A DNA stretch of 62,836 bases, filler included, from Sphacelaria rigidula (Eukaryota), in NCBI GenBank assembly GCA_964200075.2. It is 11 parts of 11 records of this genome, joined end to end, with 100 filler letters (N's around TTAATTAATTAA, not from the genome) between each part and the next. Parts side by side here need not be neighbours in the genome. Positions count along the whole stretch, not along the records: positions 34,332 to 39,952 come from CAXNAA020025784.1; positions 40,053 to 45,673 come from CAXNAA020025785.1; positions 45,774 to 51,394 come from CAXNAA020025786.1; positions 51,495 to 57,115 come from CAXNAA020025787.1; 7 more parts are not named here. One strand, given 5' to 3'. The position numbers and the translations under genes are program-made. Below the pieces are notes generated by a model. The model was not told the origin of the DNA. It did not search any database and worked only from the letters and a program-made list of their open reading frames with translations. Below, in pieces: positions 39,035 through 52,112 of this stretch; position 1 is the stretch's first letter; every line of letters starts with the position of its first letter.

Positions 39035-39288
39035 TCGTGTTCGTATGGGGAGGGAGGGGGGTGATTATACGAAAATCAGGGGCTCATATGTGTGTCAGAC
39101 GACCTAAAAGGCTCGCGGTGCGCTTCTATTTCGGCGAAGGCGGTGTAAAGCAGTATGGATGACTGTCTCACCGGTACGTGGCGCATTACACCGAAAGCTG
39201 CTGCTTATAATTACAATTTGAATGGCGTGTTTTTTCGTGCAAGAAGAGGGCCGAAACACGCCCCTCTCCCCCTATCGTAGGGTGACTT
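39035..39288. mobile_element. Degenerate relative of Sola-like MITE family A
   Basis: Right end CCCCTATCGTAGGGTGACTT preceded by TTTTCGTGCAA; left end poorly preserved. Confidence 0.45.
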
Positions 39289-39339
39289 CTTCAAAAAGTT
39301 TCCCCTGAAGGACTCTCACGTAGCATAGCAGCGGTATTT

Positions 39340-39388
39340 AATATTATATTATTATATATTATTATATATTATTTTATATTATATTATT

Positions 39389-39446
<58 letters not shown>

Positions 39447-39462
39447 TATTAATATTAATAAT
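39340..39462. repeat. AT-rich tract including (AAT)n microsatellite
   Basis: TAATAA run at ~39391-39446. Confidence 0.95.
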
Positions 39463-40484
39463 AGTTTGATTATTGCTTGATGGATTGATTGTCGTACTTT
39501 TACTGACTCCTCAGGGGTCCAGCCGTGGTGTCATGATAGACGTACCCAAGAAAAACAATACTGAAACACGCTCTGAGAAAAAGAAGGAACAGAACGACGT
39601 AACAGACTAAGCCGTAACAAAAAAAAAGGGTAATGAAGAAGTCAACACGAGCAAAGCACCTGTACAAGATATATATATATATATATATCACTCTGTCTCT
39701 CTCCCATCTTGTCTCTCGCTCCATTTCTTCTGGTCGTGTTTTTCGTGCTCACTTGTGCTTTTTTTTTTTTGCACTTTTTCTCTTCTTCCCTGTAGCCTTG
39801 ACGGCGGGTCTGCGCGATCCATTCGCCTCTACCTCTGCAGGTACTTTTTTTCTTGTATCGTACAATCAACCATGACAGAACGGGGGGGGGGGGGGGGACT
39901 CATTTTTTGCTTGCCTTAGTCGTTCGACCATTGACCACGCATCCCTTTTGAGNNNNNNNNNNNNNNNNNNNNNNNNNNNNNNNNNNNNNNNNNNNNTTAA
40001 TTAATTAANNNNNNNNNNNNNNNNNNNNNNNNNNNNNNNNNNNNNNNNNNNNTGATTGACCACTTTTCACTCTCAATCGTATCATCTACTCTCAATCTCA
40101 CGAAAACACTGTTATATGTGGTCGGAGTTTTAGCACGCAATAGCACTAACAGCGCTTGCACGGCCGTGTCTTCTGAAGCGAGCACCTCTACAGGCGCTAC
40201 CAAGGTAGGCACCGCGTAGAATGACATCATCCAGAGTGTGCTCAATACGGATCGATATGTTCGTTTGCCGGGCCAGGAGCCCAACAGGAAGTGAGTGTAT
40301 CTGCGTGTCAACATATGCATCCCCCGACGTCTCACGCAGTTTGAATCGAGGGGACTGCGTTTTGAGGGCGTATCGATGGCAATGCACAAAATCGGTATTT
40401 TGCTTCGTGTGTCTACAATAGCGCACCACCTAGGACGTGCCGCCGCTCCGGGAATATGCTGTCTGTACTAAGGTCTGCCTCTAA

Positions 40485-40931
40485 CACTATTCGTGAGATT
40501 CAGAACGTAGTTTCAGCTTCAGAGTGGATTCTCTAGCGTTCCTAACAGGCAACTTTTTTTTTTTTTGCTTGAGCACACGTCCTGTGCATGCAGCTACCGT
40601 GAAGTACCCCATTCGAGAAATTCGGCGGTCTGGTTGGTGAGATACCGCACACAGCATTTTTATGCCTGGGGGGCATTTTGAAACTGTTTCAGGCACTAAT
40701 CGGTTTTTCCTGAAAGAGGGGATCTTTTGTTGTAATGGACTGACTACGTCGTTGTGATCAAGTGATGTGTCAAATTGATCATGTAGGTGACAGCTGTCAT
40801 TGAAGCCACCGCTTCACCAGCTGAGCGCATTACTCCTCGAACGGTGGCGATGTCAAAATCGACGGGAAAGTCGATTGTTTCGGGTCTCACTCTCAATCTC
40901 AAATAACCCTCTGAATCTCACGAATGTAGTG
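40485..40931. mobile_element. Short TIR element with CACTA-like ends
   Basis: CACTATTCGTGAGATTCAGA versus TCTGAATCTCACGAATGTAGTG; no clear TSD. Confidence 0.5.
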
Positions 40932-42100
40932 TTTCGGGTGTTATGTCAGGGGCGACGGTGGACCACGAGACGGTAGGGATCCTGTCCACCGAAACAAAAT
41001 CTTCGCGTTCCTCGATAGATACTCAGGGATGTACGGGCAACACATGCCGCACCAGAATGATATATACTTTTACATGAGAAACAAACAGGTGGGTAAATGT
41101 AGGTAGCGCTTGCACAGCCATTGTTTCGGTCGCGCTTATCGACTGATATGTGTGTGTGTGGGCGGGTGGTTCCGGGGGGGGGGGGCTCTCGCGGCATTAC
41201 CCTCGGTAGACCGCGTCTTATTTTAGTTTCATTTTTGTTTTTTTGCCAAACCATTTGAGGAAGCAGTTGGTGAATATCGTTTCGATTTGTGTTTTTGTCG
41301 GGCTAGAGGTACGGGCATGGAACACTTCGATCCCCGATGGTGTTCATAGTCTTCGATTCCACTTCAAATTACTGGACCATCGACTACCCCTTAGCGCATG
41401 TAGCACGCGATTTCGGAAATTGAGCACAGTTTTTATGGACGAATGACGCTGGGAACCGCCACAAGCATCGAAATGTTTTCGAAGTAGAATTACAAACGAA
41501 CTCTCCGGCCGTAATGTGTGGCGTCGCTCATCATGGGAGAAAACGCCGGTCATTTGTAAAATCCCGTGTTTTCTAGGGGATTCTGGAATACAAGAGTAGT
41601 ATAAAATACAGGAAGGATCGAAGGATTAACTTGTTCCGTGTAAGTACAGGATTCCGCAAATTGCAGACGGACTATTCTTCAGGAGGAGCCACGCCACACG
41701 GCACAATCGGAGAGGGTAGATTCTTATTTGTATTGCGGAATGTGGTGATGCTTACGAAGGTTCCCAAGGCTTATTCACAGTAAAACATCCATCCCCAATT
41801 TTCAATATCCCGTGCTATGTGATTCAGTTCAACAGTCGGATCCACCCCCCCTGCGAATAGCGTCGCAGAAAGAGGCAATGCGGTGGATGACAGTACAGAT
41901 ATACGCGCCGGAGTCCAGGACGCAGCGCATCGCGCTTGTGTGCTAGTTGTTTGGCTTCATGCGCACGCTGATGTTGCGCTAACAACTTCATGCGCGCGCA
42001 CATTTTCCTAGCCGTATAGCGTAACTATCCGGCGTTGCGGGCTCAACTTCCTGCGCACGATCCCTCGAAACACGCGACCACCTAACATCCCCAATGACAG

Positions 42101-45100
42101 GAAGTGTACGATGCGTTCGTGGAGGATATGCGTAATACCGGAGGGGAGGTGGCCGCAAGTCTTAGCTATTTTTACACCACGATGCGCAAGGACCGACCCC
42201 ACTACAAGGCCAAGATCGGCGGCACATTCCTGAAGGGTAACGCGTGCATTCTGTACCATGACACCCTAATTGGAGTTCTGGTGTGAGGGTCACCGCTGAC
42301 CCTGGCAAGATGAAGGAGGTCGCTATGGAGCAGAAGGCGCACTTGCATGTGAGTCGTCTTCTCGTCGACAATGTCGGCAGCTCGGCGATGTCACCGGAAA
42401 AACGAGGGTACGCAATATGTGAGATTACGCCACGAATAGCGTCCGAAACAGCCGCAGGTGTATCGAATCAGTCAAGGGGAGGATATTTCCCGACCACTAT
42501 ATTTCCTCAGCTCGTACCTGCAGCGACCCGTCGATATCAAATGTTTCGACGCGAGTACGCATCAAAATTCTGTCGAGTAAACCTCCATCTCCCTATGCGA
42601 CCTCGGCTCATTGCGTCACGGTATCGTAAGTCGCAAGTGCCCCTCCATTCAAGTTTCCCAGGTCCATGTGGTCGAGTAGCGATTCCCAGTTACACGTTGT
42701 CTTGGCGGAAAAACTCTCCGCCCGAGCCGCGTATCAACAGCCGACCGTTTTTCTTATCATTTACCTAGCTTATTCTTAGTTCATTATTTCGGATTGGTTT
42801 CGTTTGTTGTGTGTATGTTGATCTGAATTTGTGAGCTATGTTTGTGTTTTTAATATCTGTGGTTACTTCACGCCTCCTGAACGGGTGTTTCTGTGCTTCC
42901 TTCAATCCCAAGTTCGTCTCTCATGGGACCACGGCTTGAGGCACGTGGTTTGTCCCAATGGTAGATACAACGCTCGAGATATTCCTCATCAATTTTACGA
43001 TGCGGACATCCCCTCGACCGTTACAGTTGGTGACTCTAGACTGTCAGCGCCTGGCTGTCATGAGTCAGGCTGTCATTCGAGCGAAGGCCAATCAGGAGCC
43101 GTTGAAGTTCGTGTCTCTACAAGCCGATGCAGCAGCTCAAACGGTGTTCGCTCTACCTATGTGCTCTCCAGTGACGCACGGCATAGACAAGTGAGTCGGA
43201 ACGACAATTGACCGTGCATTCGACGGTGTCCCCCTTTGGTTAGCGCCTCCAACACTCGCGCACACCCACGGTCATGGCGCTGGTGTATACTCGCTCACGC
43301 CTGCGTCGACGTCGATGTAGACTGTGTCGTGTCTGATACGACTCCACGGTTATGCACGATGCGCGACGTGGCGACTGACAGGGGAAATGCCGAACGCCAA
43401 AAAGGCATGGCAGTTCTCGTGGAGGGACAGTTCGTGGAGTTCTTCCTGGCACCTCAGACCGTCGGAGGCGGTGAGTTCGAGTACGATGCTCGTGTTATGC
43501 AGTCGCCGAATTATACCGTGAGGCGATCGTCGGCATGATTCGTTCGCATCTCGATTATTTTTTTTTGCGTAGTATCGCCGCCCACCCAATTCGAAGTAAG
43601 TAACCGTCCGTCTGCCCTAGTCTATTCGTTCGATACTTCTACCGCCGAAGCGCGTGGTTCGATACAGCACACTGCACCACAGTCCACCACAACATTTCTT
43701 CCACAAACCTAACGAACATCGCACACTGTCCGTCCCGCCATCCCGCCACCACTTTGCCGTGTACTTGTTCCGCAGGCAGCAATCTTATATGCACCCCCAT
43801 TCACCGCGCACTGACGCGACTGTTCGATACGCACTGCAGCGCCGGTACCCTAGCGTACATCGACGAACTATACGCCCAATTCGACAACTGCGTGGGCGAG
43901 AATAAGAACCACATCATCTTAACGTACCTGGATTCTCTGGTTGCTCGAGGCATAATCGGACGGGTTGAGGTCAACTTCAGGATGGTTGGACATACCCACA
44001 TCATGATCGACCAGGTCTTGTCGAGGTGTGTACAAAGAAGTGTCCGTCTAAACTGAAGATCGGTATCGAATTCAAGAACATATCATGATCAGAACAGTCG
44101 ATCATGCGTACGGACGTGGAAGACCGAGAAGCCGACATTGGCCAATTCGAATCAAAATCTAGAATAGATATTCGATTGTTTACACTCCCCGGCCTGCTCG
44201 TGGCGGGGCTATTTTATTTTTATCTTCAGCTGTCTTGGAGTGCCCTCTTACGGTTTTGTTTGGATTCTTATTTATTATTTGTGTGTTTGTTTCTCGAGAG
44301 GCTTAAAAGAAGTAGTGAGAACCCTTTTGCAAGGAGCAGCAGGGATGGTATTGGAAAGACGAGCCCACGTCTGTGACCACGAGAGGTCGGGCTAGTGTGC
44401 GGAAATACTAATAATGGCGATGATAATAATAATGATAATTTACGTATTTCGCGTAAATTATGAACAAAAGATATGGAATGGTGATGCTAGCTATCCAAAA
44501 TCCCCGTACTTTCTACGGCTGCACTCATTCACCACTACTTCTAATCACACAACCGGGAAGCAACACCGCACAACCTCACACCACACACAACACAACACCT
44601 CGCGGCGGAACAGTCTGTGCCTGGACGCATAGTAGAGGTTTACAAGAGTTCTGTGCCTGGGGAGGTCTTACGGAGTTGCCAATTGGACGACAGACCCAAA
44701 TCCCCGCGATGTGTTTGGCACCAACGCAGACAGTACGCGAGTATGGCACACGTAGGGATGAGTTGTTGCGACAAAGCACCGAGAACGCGTGCAACCCATA
44801 TCGTATATGTTTTTCACCGCATAAACTGCGGCTAGACTGTGTTATTGGGGGTGAACGTGGGGGACCTCCGACAGCAATGCAAATTTTTGAAATAGAAAAT
44901 GCGACTGGGTCATCCGGCTGTGATGTATGGCCTCGCTCATCCCAGGGTTAGGCCCTAACCCTAACCGTAAACCTAACCCTAATGAGATGGAGGGCTCCTA
45001 CAAATTCACCCCTACCGTGGGATCACTCAGTAAACCTTTGGAATTTACCGCGGTAATCAACCTTGATAATTGGGCTGTGCATCGGCTGTAACTCCCAACC

Positions 45101-45673
45101 TAGGTAGAAATATTCAGGACCAAGACCGTGGTTATGTTTGTATTCGCAAAACCTCACTCTTCCTTTTTTGAACGAAGTCTAAGTCATCAAATGACGGAAT
45201 ATATGGACGGAATTCCAACCAATTAAAAAAATCGAAATAAAATCCCGGAGCATGTCCTGCAAATAATGCCGATACGCGGGTGGTCTTTTCCGATGTCAAA
45301 TTATGTACGGTATCAGTACGACTCTCGCAGGGGTAAGAAGATATGGTTGCACAGTACATGAGCGTCCACACATCTTTCGATGTCACGAGTTACTTTGGAC
45401 ATCGAAGGGTCAGTGTGTAGGTGGGAGTATGTCATTGATGACCACTTCTGATACTTAATTACGATTGTTTAAGAGGATCGCCGTACACTGCAAGGGCTCT
45501 TGCCTGTTCACGAGACAACAGCAGGCAGAGGCCTTTAGTGCTGCGTACACGAGCCTGCCCGTCTACACCACCACTCTCCGCTCCTTGGGCAACTTCAAAG
45601 GGGCCCTGACAGACGGCGGTCGCGTGTTTCCCATCGTTGGCATAACGTCGCCGCGGTCGTTGGAGATCCGGCC
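42101..45673 (+). pseudogene. Intron-containing Sola-type DDD transposase, degenerate and partial; exons 42101-42348, 43027-43190, 43382-43470, 43776-44025 and ~45520-45673
   Basis: VYDAF..SLSYFY..PHYK..FLKGNAC..AHLH / KFVSLQADAAAQTVFALP / MAVLVEGQF / GSNLICT..LYAQFDNCVGENKN..FRMVGHTHIMIDQVLS; AG acceptors and GTGAGT or GTGTGT donors with compatible phases; one frameshift near 42280. Confidence 0.8.
44952..44982. repeat. Short interstitial telomere-like (CCCTAA) tract
   Basis: CCCTAACCCTAACCGTAAACCTAACCCTAA. Confidence 0.7.
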
Positions 45674-47270
45674 NNNNNNNNNNNNNNNNNNNNNNNNNNN
45701 NNNNNNNNNNNNNNNNNTTAATTAATTAANNNNNNNNNNNNNNNNNNNNNNNNNNNNNNNNNNNNNNNNNNNNCATGCGACTCGCCGAACATACCACGGC
45801 GCTTCGTGCTTGATGGTTTCAGTGCAAGCCTGGTCCGGCGAAAACCCGGCGTGCTCCGGCCCGGCTTTGTAGGGATGCGAGGTCAATGGTCTTATAGCAT
45901 GCATGATCATGAGTACACCCCCCCCCCCCATGGGGTTGGCGTCGGTTGGCAACGACGCTGTAAACACGCAACTCACTGCGTATGCTAGGCAACCAGGTTA
46001 CCGTTTTTGTTTGTTCTTTCGGGTTTTTTCCCGGTAATCATGATTGATGATCGAGCTAGATCATATTGTGCGGGGGTGGGAGAACCTCAATTCCGTGCAA
46101 AGGGGATGACCATATTATACTACGTAGTGTTGAGATGGTGAGACACCCATGAGGCAGCGTGGAACCTGTGGCTGTCTCTGCACGTGGCGATACCAGAAAT
46201 GAAACATCTCATTGGAAGCTGTCATCATCAACATGCAAGATGATCAATACGCTCCGGGTCGAACAATCTCGGCAAGATGCCATGACGCTTCCCGCTTGGT
46301 AATCACGAGCCTGGTCCGGCGAAAACCGGCGTGCTCCGTCCCGGCTTCGTAGGAGTGCGAGGTCAATGGCCATATGACTACGGCATGCAAGATCATGAGT
46401 ACACCCCCCTCCCCCTCCCCCCTTTTCCCCCCAGATTTCTGATCGGACCCCGCAGGCAATGCAACAAAATGTTCCACAAGAAGAGGCGGATCGCGTGCAC
46501 CCTATATTTGGTGTTGCTCATCGCTGTGCTGGCGTTGGCTCTCGCGGTGAGTCAGCGTATGTCTCTGTCGGGTTGGGGATGCGTTGTATTGTACCACATG
46601 GGATCGTAGCGCTTGGGAGGACGGAAATACGCGTGGGAGTGTGGACTGAAGAATGTCAACAATAGATATCTATTCTGGCTGCTACATTCCACATCGCGCC
46701 GACGTGGACCCTTGAGCAATGGCGTTGTGTGAGATTCGGAAGTTGCGGAAAATAGCATGCGGCGTAACTCCGTCGTGATATCTACAACAGAAGATACATG
46801 CGGTTTTTCTCCGAGAAAGCAAGTCGGTTTGTCGAAGAGAGTGGATGACTGTACGCGGTACCCCCAAGTTGTAGCCCTGCACCACGCCTCACTTCGACTC
46901 TCGGACGTTCCACAAGCGTATGCCGTTCGGTGCAGCGTTGGTGACGGTGCAAACCTTGATGGTGCCGCTGTTCCCGATTGGTGCCCTGACGCCATTTCTT
47001 GACCGCATATCTCACCTCCTATGATCTCTTCCGAACAAGGTTTTCCCGAGATTGATATTGTAGCGTGCGATTGAGATCCGGCTCTTGATCGGAAGACGAC
47101 TGTTTTCGTGTGTTTCATTAGTAAGCGATACGCTGACGAGTAGCAGTGGAAACTATCCGTCTTGCTGAACTAAGAATACAAAGAAGGGAAATGAGCGTAC
47201 CAATTATCGAAACATTCCTCCATCAGTGAGCCGCTGTACGTTGGGCAGGTCATAATTGCCGGTAGTACAT

Positions 47271-47277
47271 GTTGTCG

Positions 47278-47308
<31 letters not shown>
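47271..47308. repeat. (TTG)n microsatellite
   Basis: Directly visible. Confidence 0.9.
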
Positions 47309-50300
47309 CTTCATATGAAAAACCGTTCTGATGTCTGCGCGGTACATTCGTACTGGGCATCTGATGCGGACGCCTTCCGTTGTCACAGGCTAGCAAAAAA
47401 AACAAACAGATTAAAAGTCACAAAACGCGATACAAGCAAAAACAGGGATGAATAATGAAGAAGAAAGAGACTACATATGGCTAACCTCAGAAGATCCGGT
47501 ACCGCAGGTGGCCATCCGGACTTCAGGGGGTGGCACCCGGCTTTCCAACTCGACGCGCGACGCCAAGTAGAAATGAACACAGGGTCCATGATGCCATGCA
47601 TTCCAAACTTGTTATTCTGATTAATGCGTTGAATGCAAGTGTACGTTTAATGACCCGTTGCAATTCCAAAGAAATCGTAGATCTGCGTGTGTTTCCTTTT
47701 AGTATGTACATTCATCCATTAACTCGTCGAAATCTTGACCCTCTGACCGCCAGGTTCAGGATCCAGGGGCACACATTCACCTTACGACTGACATGAGAAA
47801 GCGGACTCTCAGTCGAATAGTTTACTCTCAATCTCACTAGAACCTTGCTTCCGGTACAGCACGCCGTTTTTGGTGGAGTTCTGGGGACGCTATAAAATCC
47901 CAAACCCTACAGCAGATCTTGCCGTAACCCCAAGTGTGGTCCTAGCCCTAATAACCCTAAGCCTCACCGTCACCCTAACTCGTGCGTTTTTGGACAGGGA
48001 ATGCCGTTTGGCGTGGTGCTAGTGATGCTCATTCTCCAGATGATGGCGGCAATTTGGTATACAGCGTCCTATATTCCATACGGAAGGTCCATGATCAAGA
48101 GTGTTGTGTGTCCGTGTATGAAAGATTTGGAAGGCGGCGAACAGGGATGAAGGTAAACCAGAGACCCTGTGGGGGCGGGGATAGGTAAATGTCCTGCTGT
48201 ACGCGCCAATGTGTATTGTGTTTGGAGGTGGCGCTAGTATTTACAACGAATTTTTGGTGGATGAGTACCTCCTCTCATGATTGTTTCCACACCTGTCTTG
48301 TTCCGATATAATGGATGGATAACTCGAGACCTAACTGTCGAGTGAAGAGGGGGTGCAAATATGTTGTGTATGTCGCAGGAATATCCTCAAATGCGACATA
48401 AGAGATGCCACCTACACTTTCATTCAGTAATTTTTACTTCAAAGTTATTGTTTTTGTGTGTCATTAGGTCACAGCTTTTGTTGCTATAGGAAAATGGATT
48501 TTGGAAGGGCGCAGCCACTCTGAAGAGACTCATTACCGAGTGCGCTGTAATGTGGACACAATACATAGTGTTTCTCAAAGGGGGTAGAGCATGTGGCTGT
48601 ACGCAGTTTATCGCGCGTTTGATGTTGTATGAATGTTTTTCTTTCGCGGAGAGGGCAACTTCAGCTACGGTGTTTTGCACTTCTCTTTTCTTGTCTTGTC
48701 TTGCTGTATTTTCAAGTGTCCAATGTGTTTTGTTATCTTTTTTTTTCGTGCGTAGTAGTCCGCCCACGACTCTCCTGTAGGAGTCAAGAGGGCACATGTG
48801 GTGCGAAGGAAACGCGAATGCGATGCATGAAGCATCTCGCTGAAACATGATGTGACTTGGTCGGGCGAAACTGATTAGACGATACTTGAAGGTCAACCTG
48901 TGATCAATTCGGATCGCTTCTTGAGCAGAGAGACAATCTGCAGGTGAGAGATGTTTTTTTCAAGTATCTCTGTGTACGATGTCTTCACGACGTGTCTGTT
49001 GCACATGTTTCGGCTACATCACCATTCTGCCGCAGAGTACTGTCGACCACTGCGTACATCCTTGACATGATCAGAAGATACACATGCAAATCGTGCACGT
49101 CGAGCGCAGATGATGGTGCTCTCTTCCCTACCGCCTGACAGCGGTGGACGATTACTTTTACTACTGCAAGTTTCGACGCAGTGCTGTCGGTGAACCCGTT
49201 CATCTACTGGATTCCCTTGAATCTTCACACTTTATCCTGAGGCAAGTGCCACCTCCGCAACAGAGGCACACTTTTCCCGTTTTTCAACACTGTATGCCCT
49301 GTGTCTCAGGATCAGCCCGGGCCGCCTGCTCCCTCTTTCGCGCGGTGTGGTTGCCCAATTCGCGAATGTATGTATGCACTGGCAAAGAAATGGGCAATTG
49401 GCATTCTTCCATCATACGTACGAGCCACTTTTTTTTGTTGTCTCACTTTTAACCCCTTCTCTTCTCTTCATCATGAACCCGTTCTGTGAGGGGTCAACCC
49501 ATCCCTCCGCCGGTACACGCCATATCTTCTGGTCATATCTTTTGGTGTGTCGGATTGGATCATGACAACAAGAACTCCCGCACGGCGTCGCATGTCATCC
49601 AACAAACTCAGTAAATGACACTTTTTTTTCTGCTCACGTCCTCCCGCTTTCAATGTCGGGAATCAGATACAAGGTACCTCCTCGAGACCACAGAAAGCGG
49701 AACAAGACGCATCTGAACACTTTCTACGATAGCCCCCCCCCCAAACCAGCTCAAAAGTGTCACGATAAAAATGGCCATACAACGCCTGATGTTTGGGTTC
49801 AGGCAGCATGAAGCGCCTCATATTGGCGGTATTGGCCAGAAAGAATCCCAGCTTCTCGCTGCGCTCGGCTTTCCCCATTTCGATTTACGGGAAGATTTTG
49901 CCTCCCAAGACCATGCATTTTTTTAGAGGGGGGGTATGGTAGAAAGTGTCTCTGGCGGGAGTCGAACCCATTGTTTCCCCACCCAAACGGTGCCAAGTGT
50001 AACAGGAGACCACTGTGGCTCTGTAACGCCGTTTCAATGATTTTTACTGACCGAGGGTTAGCGAGGGAAAGTTACAGAGGTGCGGTAGCTCACGCTCTTG
50101 TCTGCACAGCAGGCGACTACGTCGCTGCTACATTTGCCTGCTCTTCACTTCGAAGATATGAATGTACGCAAACTGACAGCACTGTACTTGCGTCGGTGGT
50201 AGTTGCGCGACGGAGACATCGCCTTGTTACGTGTCCTGTAGCGCTTGGAGGCACGTCCTCCTGTTCAAAAGATGCCGCACAATGACGGTGGTTTTTCTGT

Positions 50301-50573
50301 TGGACTGCTCATCATGCTTGGGCTGCCGTACAGAAACTTCTGGGTTAGGCTTACATGGACGAAACAAATGAAAGTTCGGTGGCGACTTCAACCTCACCCA
50401 AATGTTGAACCTAAAATACGGATCCAGGCTGTTACGACGCTTCGTTTGAGCCACTGCACGTGCCCACAGCATGAAAAAACACCATCCCACAGCACTGCGA
50501 AGAAGCGCGTGTGTGTCTCTCTTCAAAAACAACATTTTGGTCGATCGGCTGCTAAGCATACAGAGTGCAAGGG

Positions 50574-51078
50574 TGGACCCAGAACCTACAGCAGAGGCCG
50601 TGGAAGCGGTACGCAGCGGTTGCATGACCTTCTGTGCTGCTGCAAAGACCTTTGAAATCTCCGTTGGTTCGCTGCAGAAGCGTATCAGTGGTAGCGTGGG
50701 CATCGCTGGCAGGTTTTGCCCGGGTACTGTACTGCTGATGGAGGAAGAAAATTCCATAAAAATAATATGCTGAAAATTGCCGCAGCTCGTCAACGGGCCT
50801 GAATAGAGATGGCCCGAAACAGGCGGTTATGGCGGCACTCTGCAGAGACAACCGACCGGTGCCATAAGACCAAACAGTAGGCTCAGGTCAAAAATGGCTC
50901 GACGTGTTCCTTCTGAGGCACCCGCGGCTAGGTGAGCGCAGCAACCGCATCTACAAGGCCGACAGGGTGGTGCGGGCGACGAAGAAGCTCGCATGCCGGA
51001 GTTCTATGCGACCTGTGAGGACTACGCGGACAAGAAAAAGTCAGAAACCGACCACAGATGGAACACTGACGAGACAGG
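50574..51078 (+). pseudogene. pogo/Fot1-like transposase N-terminal relic (psq-type HTH, CENP-B-type HTH, first catalytic Asp)
   Basis: AEAVEAVRSGCMTFCAAAKTFEISVGSLQKRISG; GQKWLDVFLLRHPRLGER; RWNTDETG; stops and frameshifts. Confidence 0.8.
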
Positions 51079-51559
51079 TGCTTAACAGTTTGTCAAGAGC
51101 CGTTCCGTTTATGTTGTACAACGCATGTTCCTAGAGCTAGAGCCAGAGGCTGTTGCTGTGGAGTGGTGGTGTGCTCTCTATTATGCTGCGTTCGAAACAA
51201 CATTATTCTTGCCGCATTCTTGGTCGACAAAGCACTTGGCGTTTGCCTGTTCATTGCTATCTCGGCGTGTCCTGTTGATTACACTTAATCTTTCTAGAGG
51301 TACTGCCTATACCGTCTGCAGAGGTGTTGCAAGTACCGCGGTTAGAGGTGGTGCCAGTACTGTGCGTACCACCCGATACTCGACATACTACTCTNNNNNN
51401 NNNNNNNNNNNNNNNNNNNNNNNNNNNNNNNNNNNNNNTTAATTAATTAANNNNNNNNNNNNNNNNNNNNNNNNNNNNNNNNNNNNNNNNNNNNTCCGTT
51501 ATTCAACTCGTCCAATCAGATGTTCTACACAACTCAGTCGATACTACAGCAGCTATCAC

Positions 51560-51703
51560 GAACAGTATCTTCACCTACCTTGACTCCTTGGTTTGCTGCG
51601 TCTATTGATATTATCATGTCATTAATGAATACCTCGAACAAGGTGGGTAATAACGTACATCTTTGTGCAACTCCTTGTAAATTATCGAAATATTTCGATA
51701 TTT
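51560..51703 (-). pseudogene. LINE RT continuation downstream of the inserted TIR element
   Basis: EISKYFDNLQGVAQRCTLLPTLFEVFINDMI (QGxxLSP-like motif) continues MLDGEI at ~54034-54052. Confidence 0.85.
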
Positions 51704-51744
51704 CCACACGTCGGACAACTCATGAGTTAACTCAGTGATGCTCT

Positions 51745-52112
51745 GTAACCCACCTGGCCAAAACGTGCACCCCTGAGTTATAGTTTATAACTCACCCGGC
51801 CAGAATGTGCATAACTGAGTTATAGATTGTAATTCATACAGCTAAAATGTGCGTAACTGAGTTATAGATTATAACTCACCCGGTCGGAATGCGCATGACT
51901 GAGTTATAGATTATAACTCACCTGTCCGAGATATGCATGACTGAGTTATAGATTATGACTCACCCGGCCCGGAATGCGCATAACTGAGTTCTACCTTATA
52001 ACTCACCTGCCCGAGATATGCGTAACTGACTTCTAGTTTATAACTCACCCGGCCAGAATGTGCATAATTGAGTTGTAGTCTATTACTCACCTGACCAAGA
52101 TATGCATAACTG
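51745..52112. repeat. 42-bp tandem repeat array (~9 units)
   Basis: ATAACTCACCCGGCCAGAATGTGCATAACTGAGTTATAGATT; unit starts at 51787, 51829, 51871, 51913. Confidence 0.93.
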
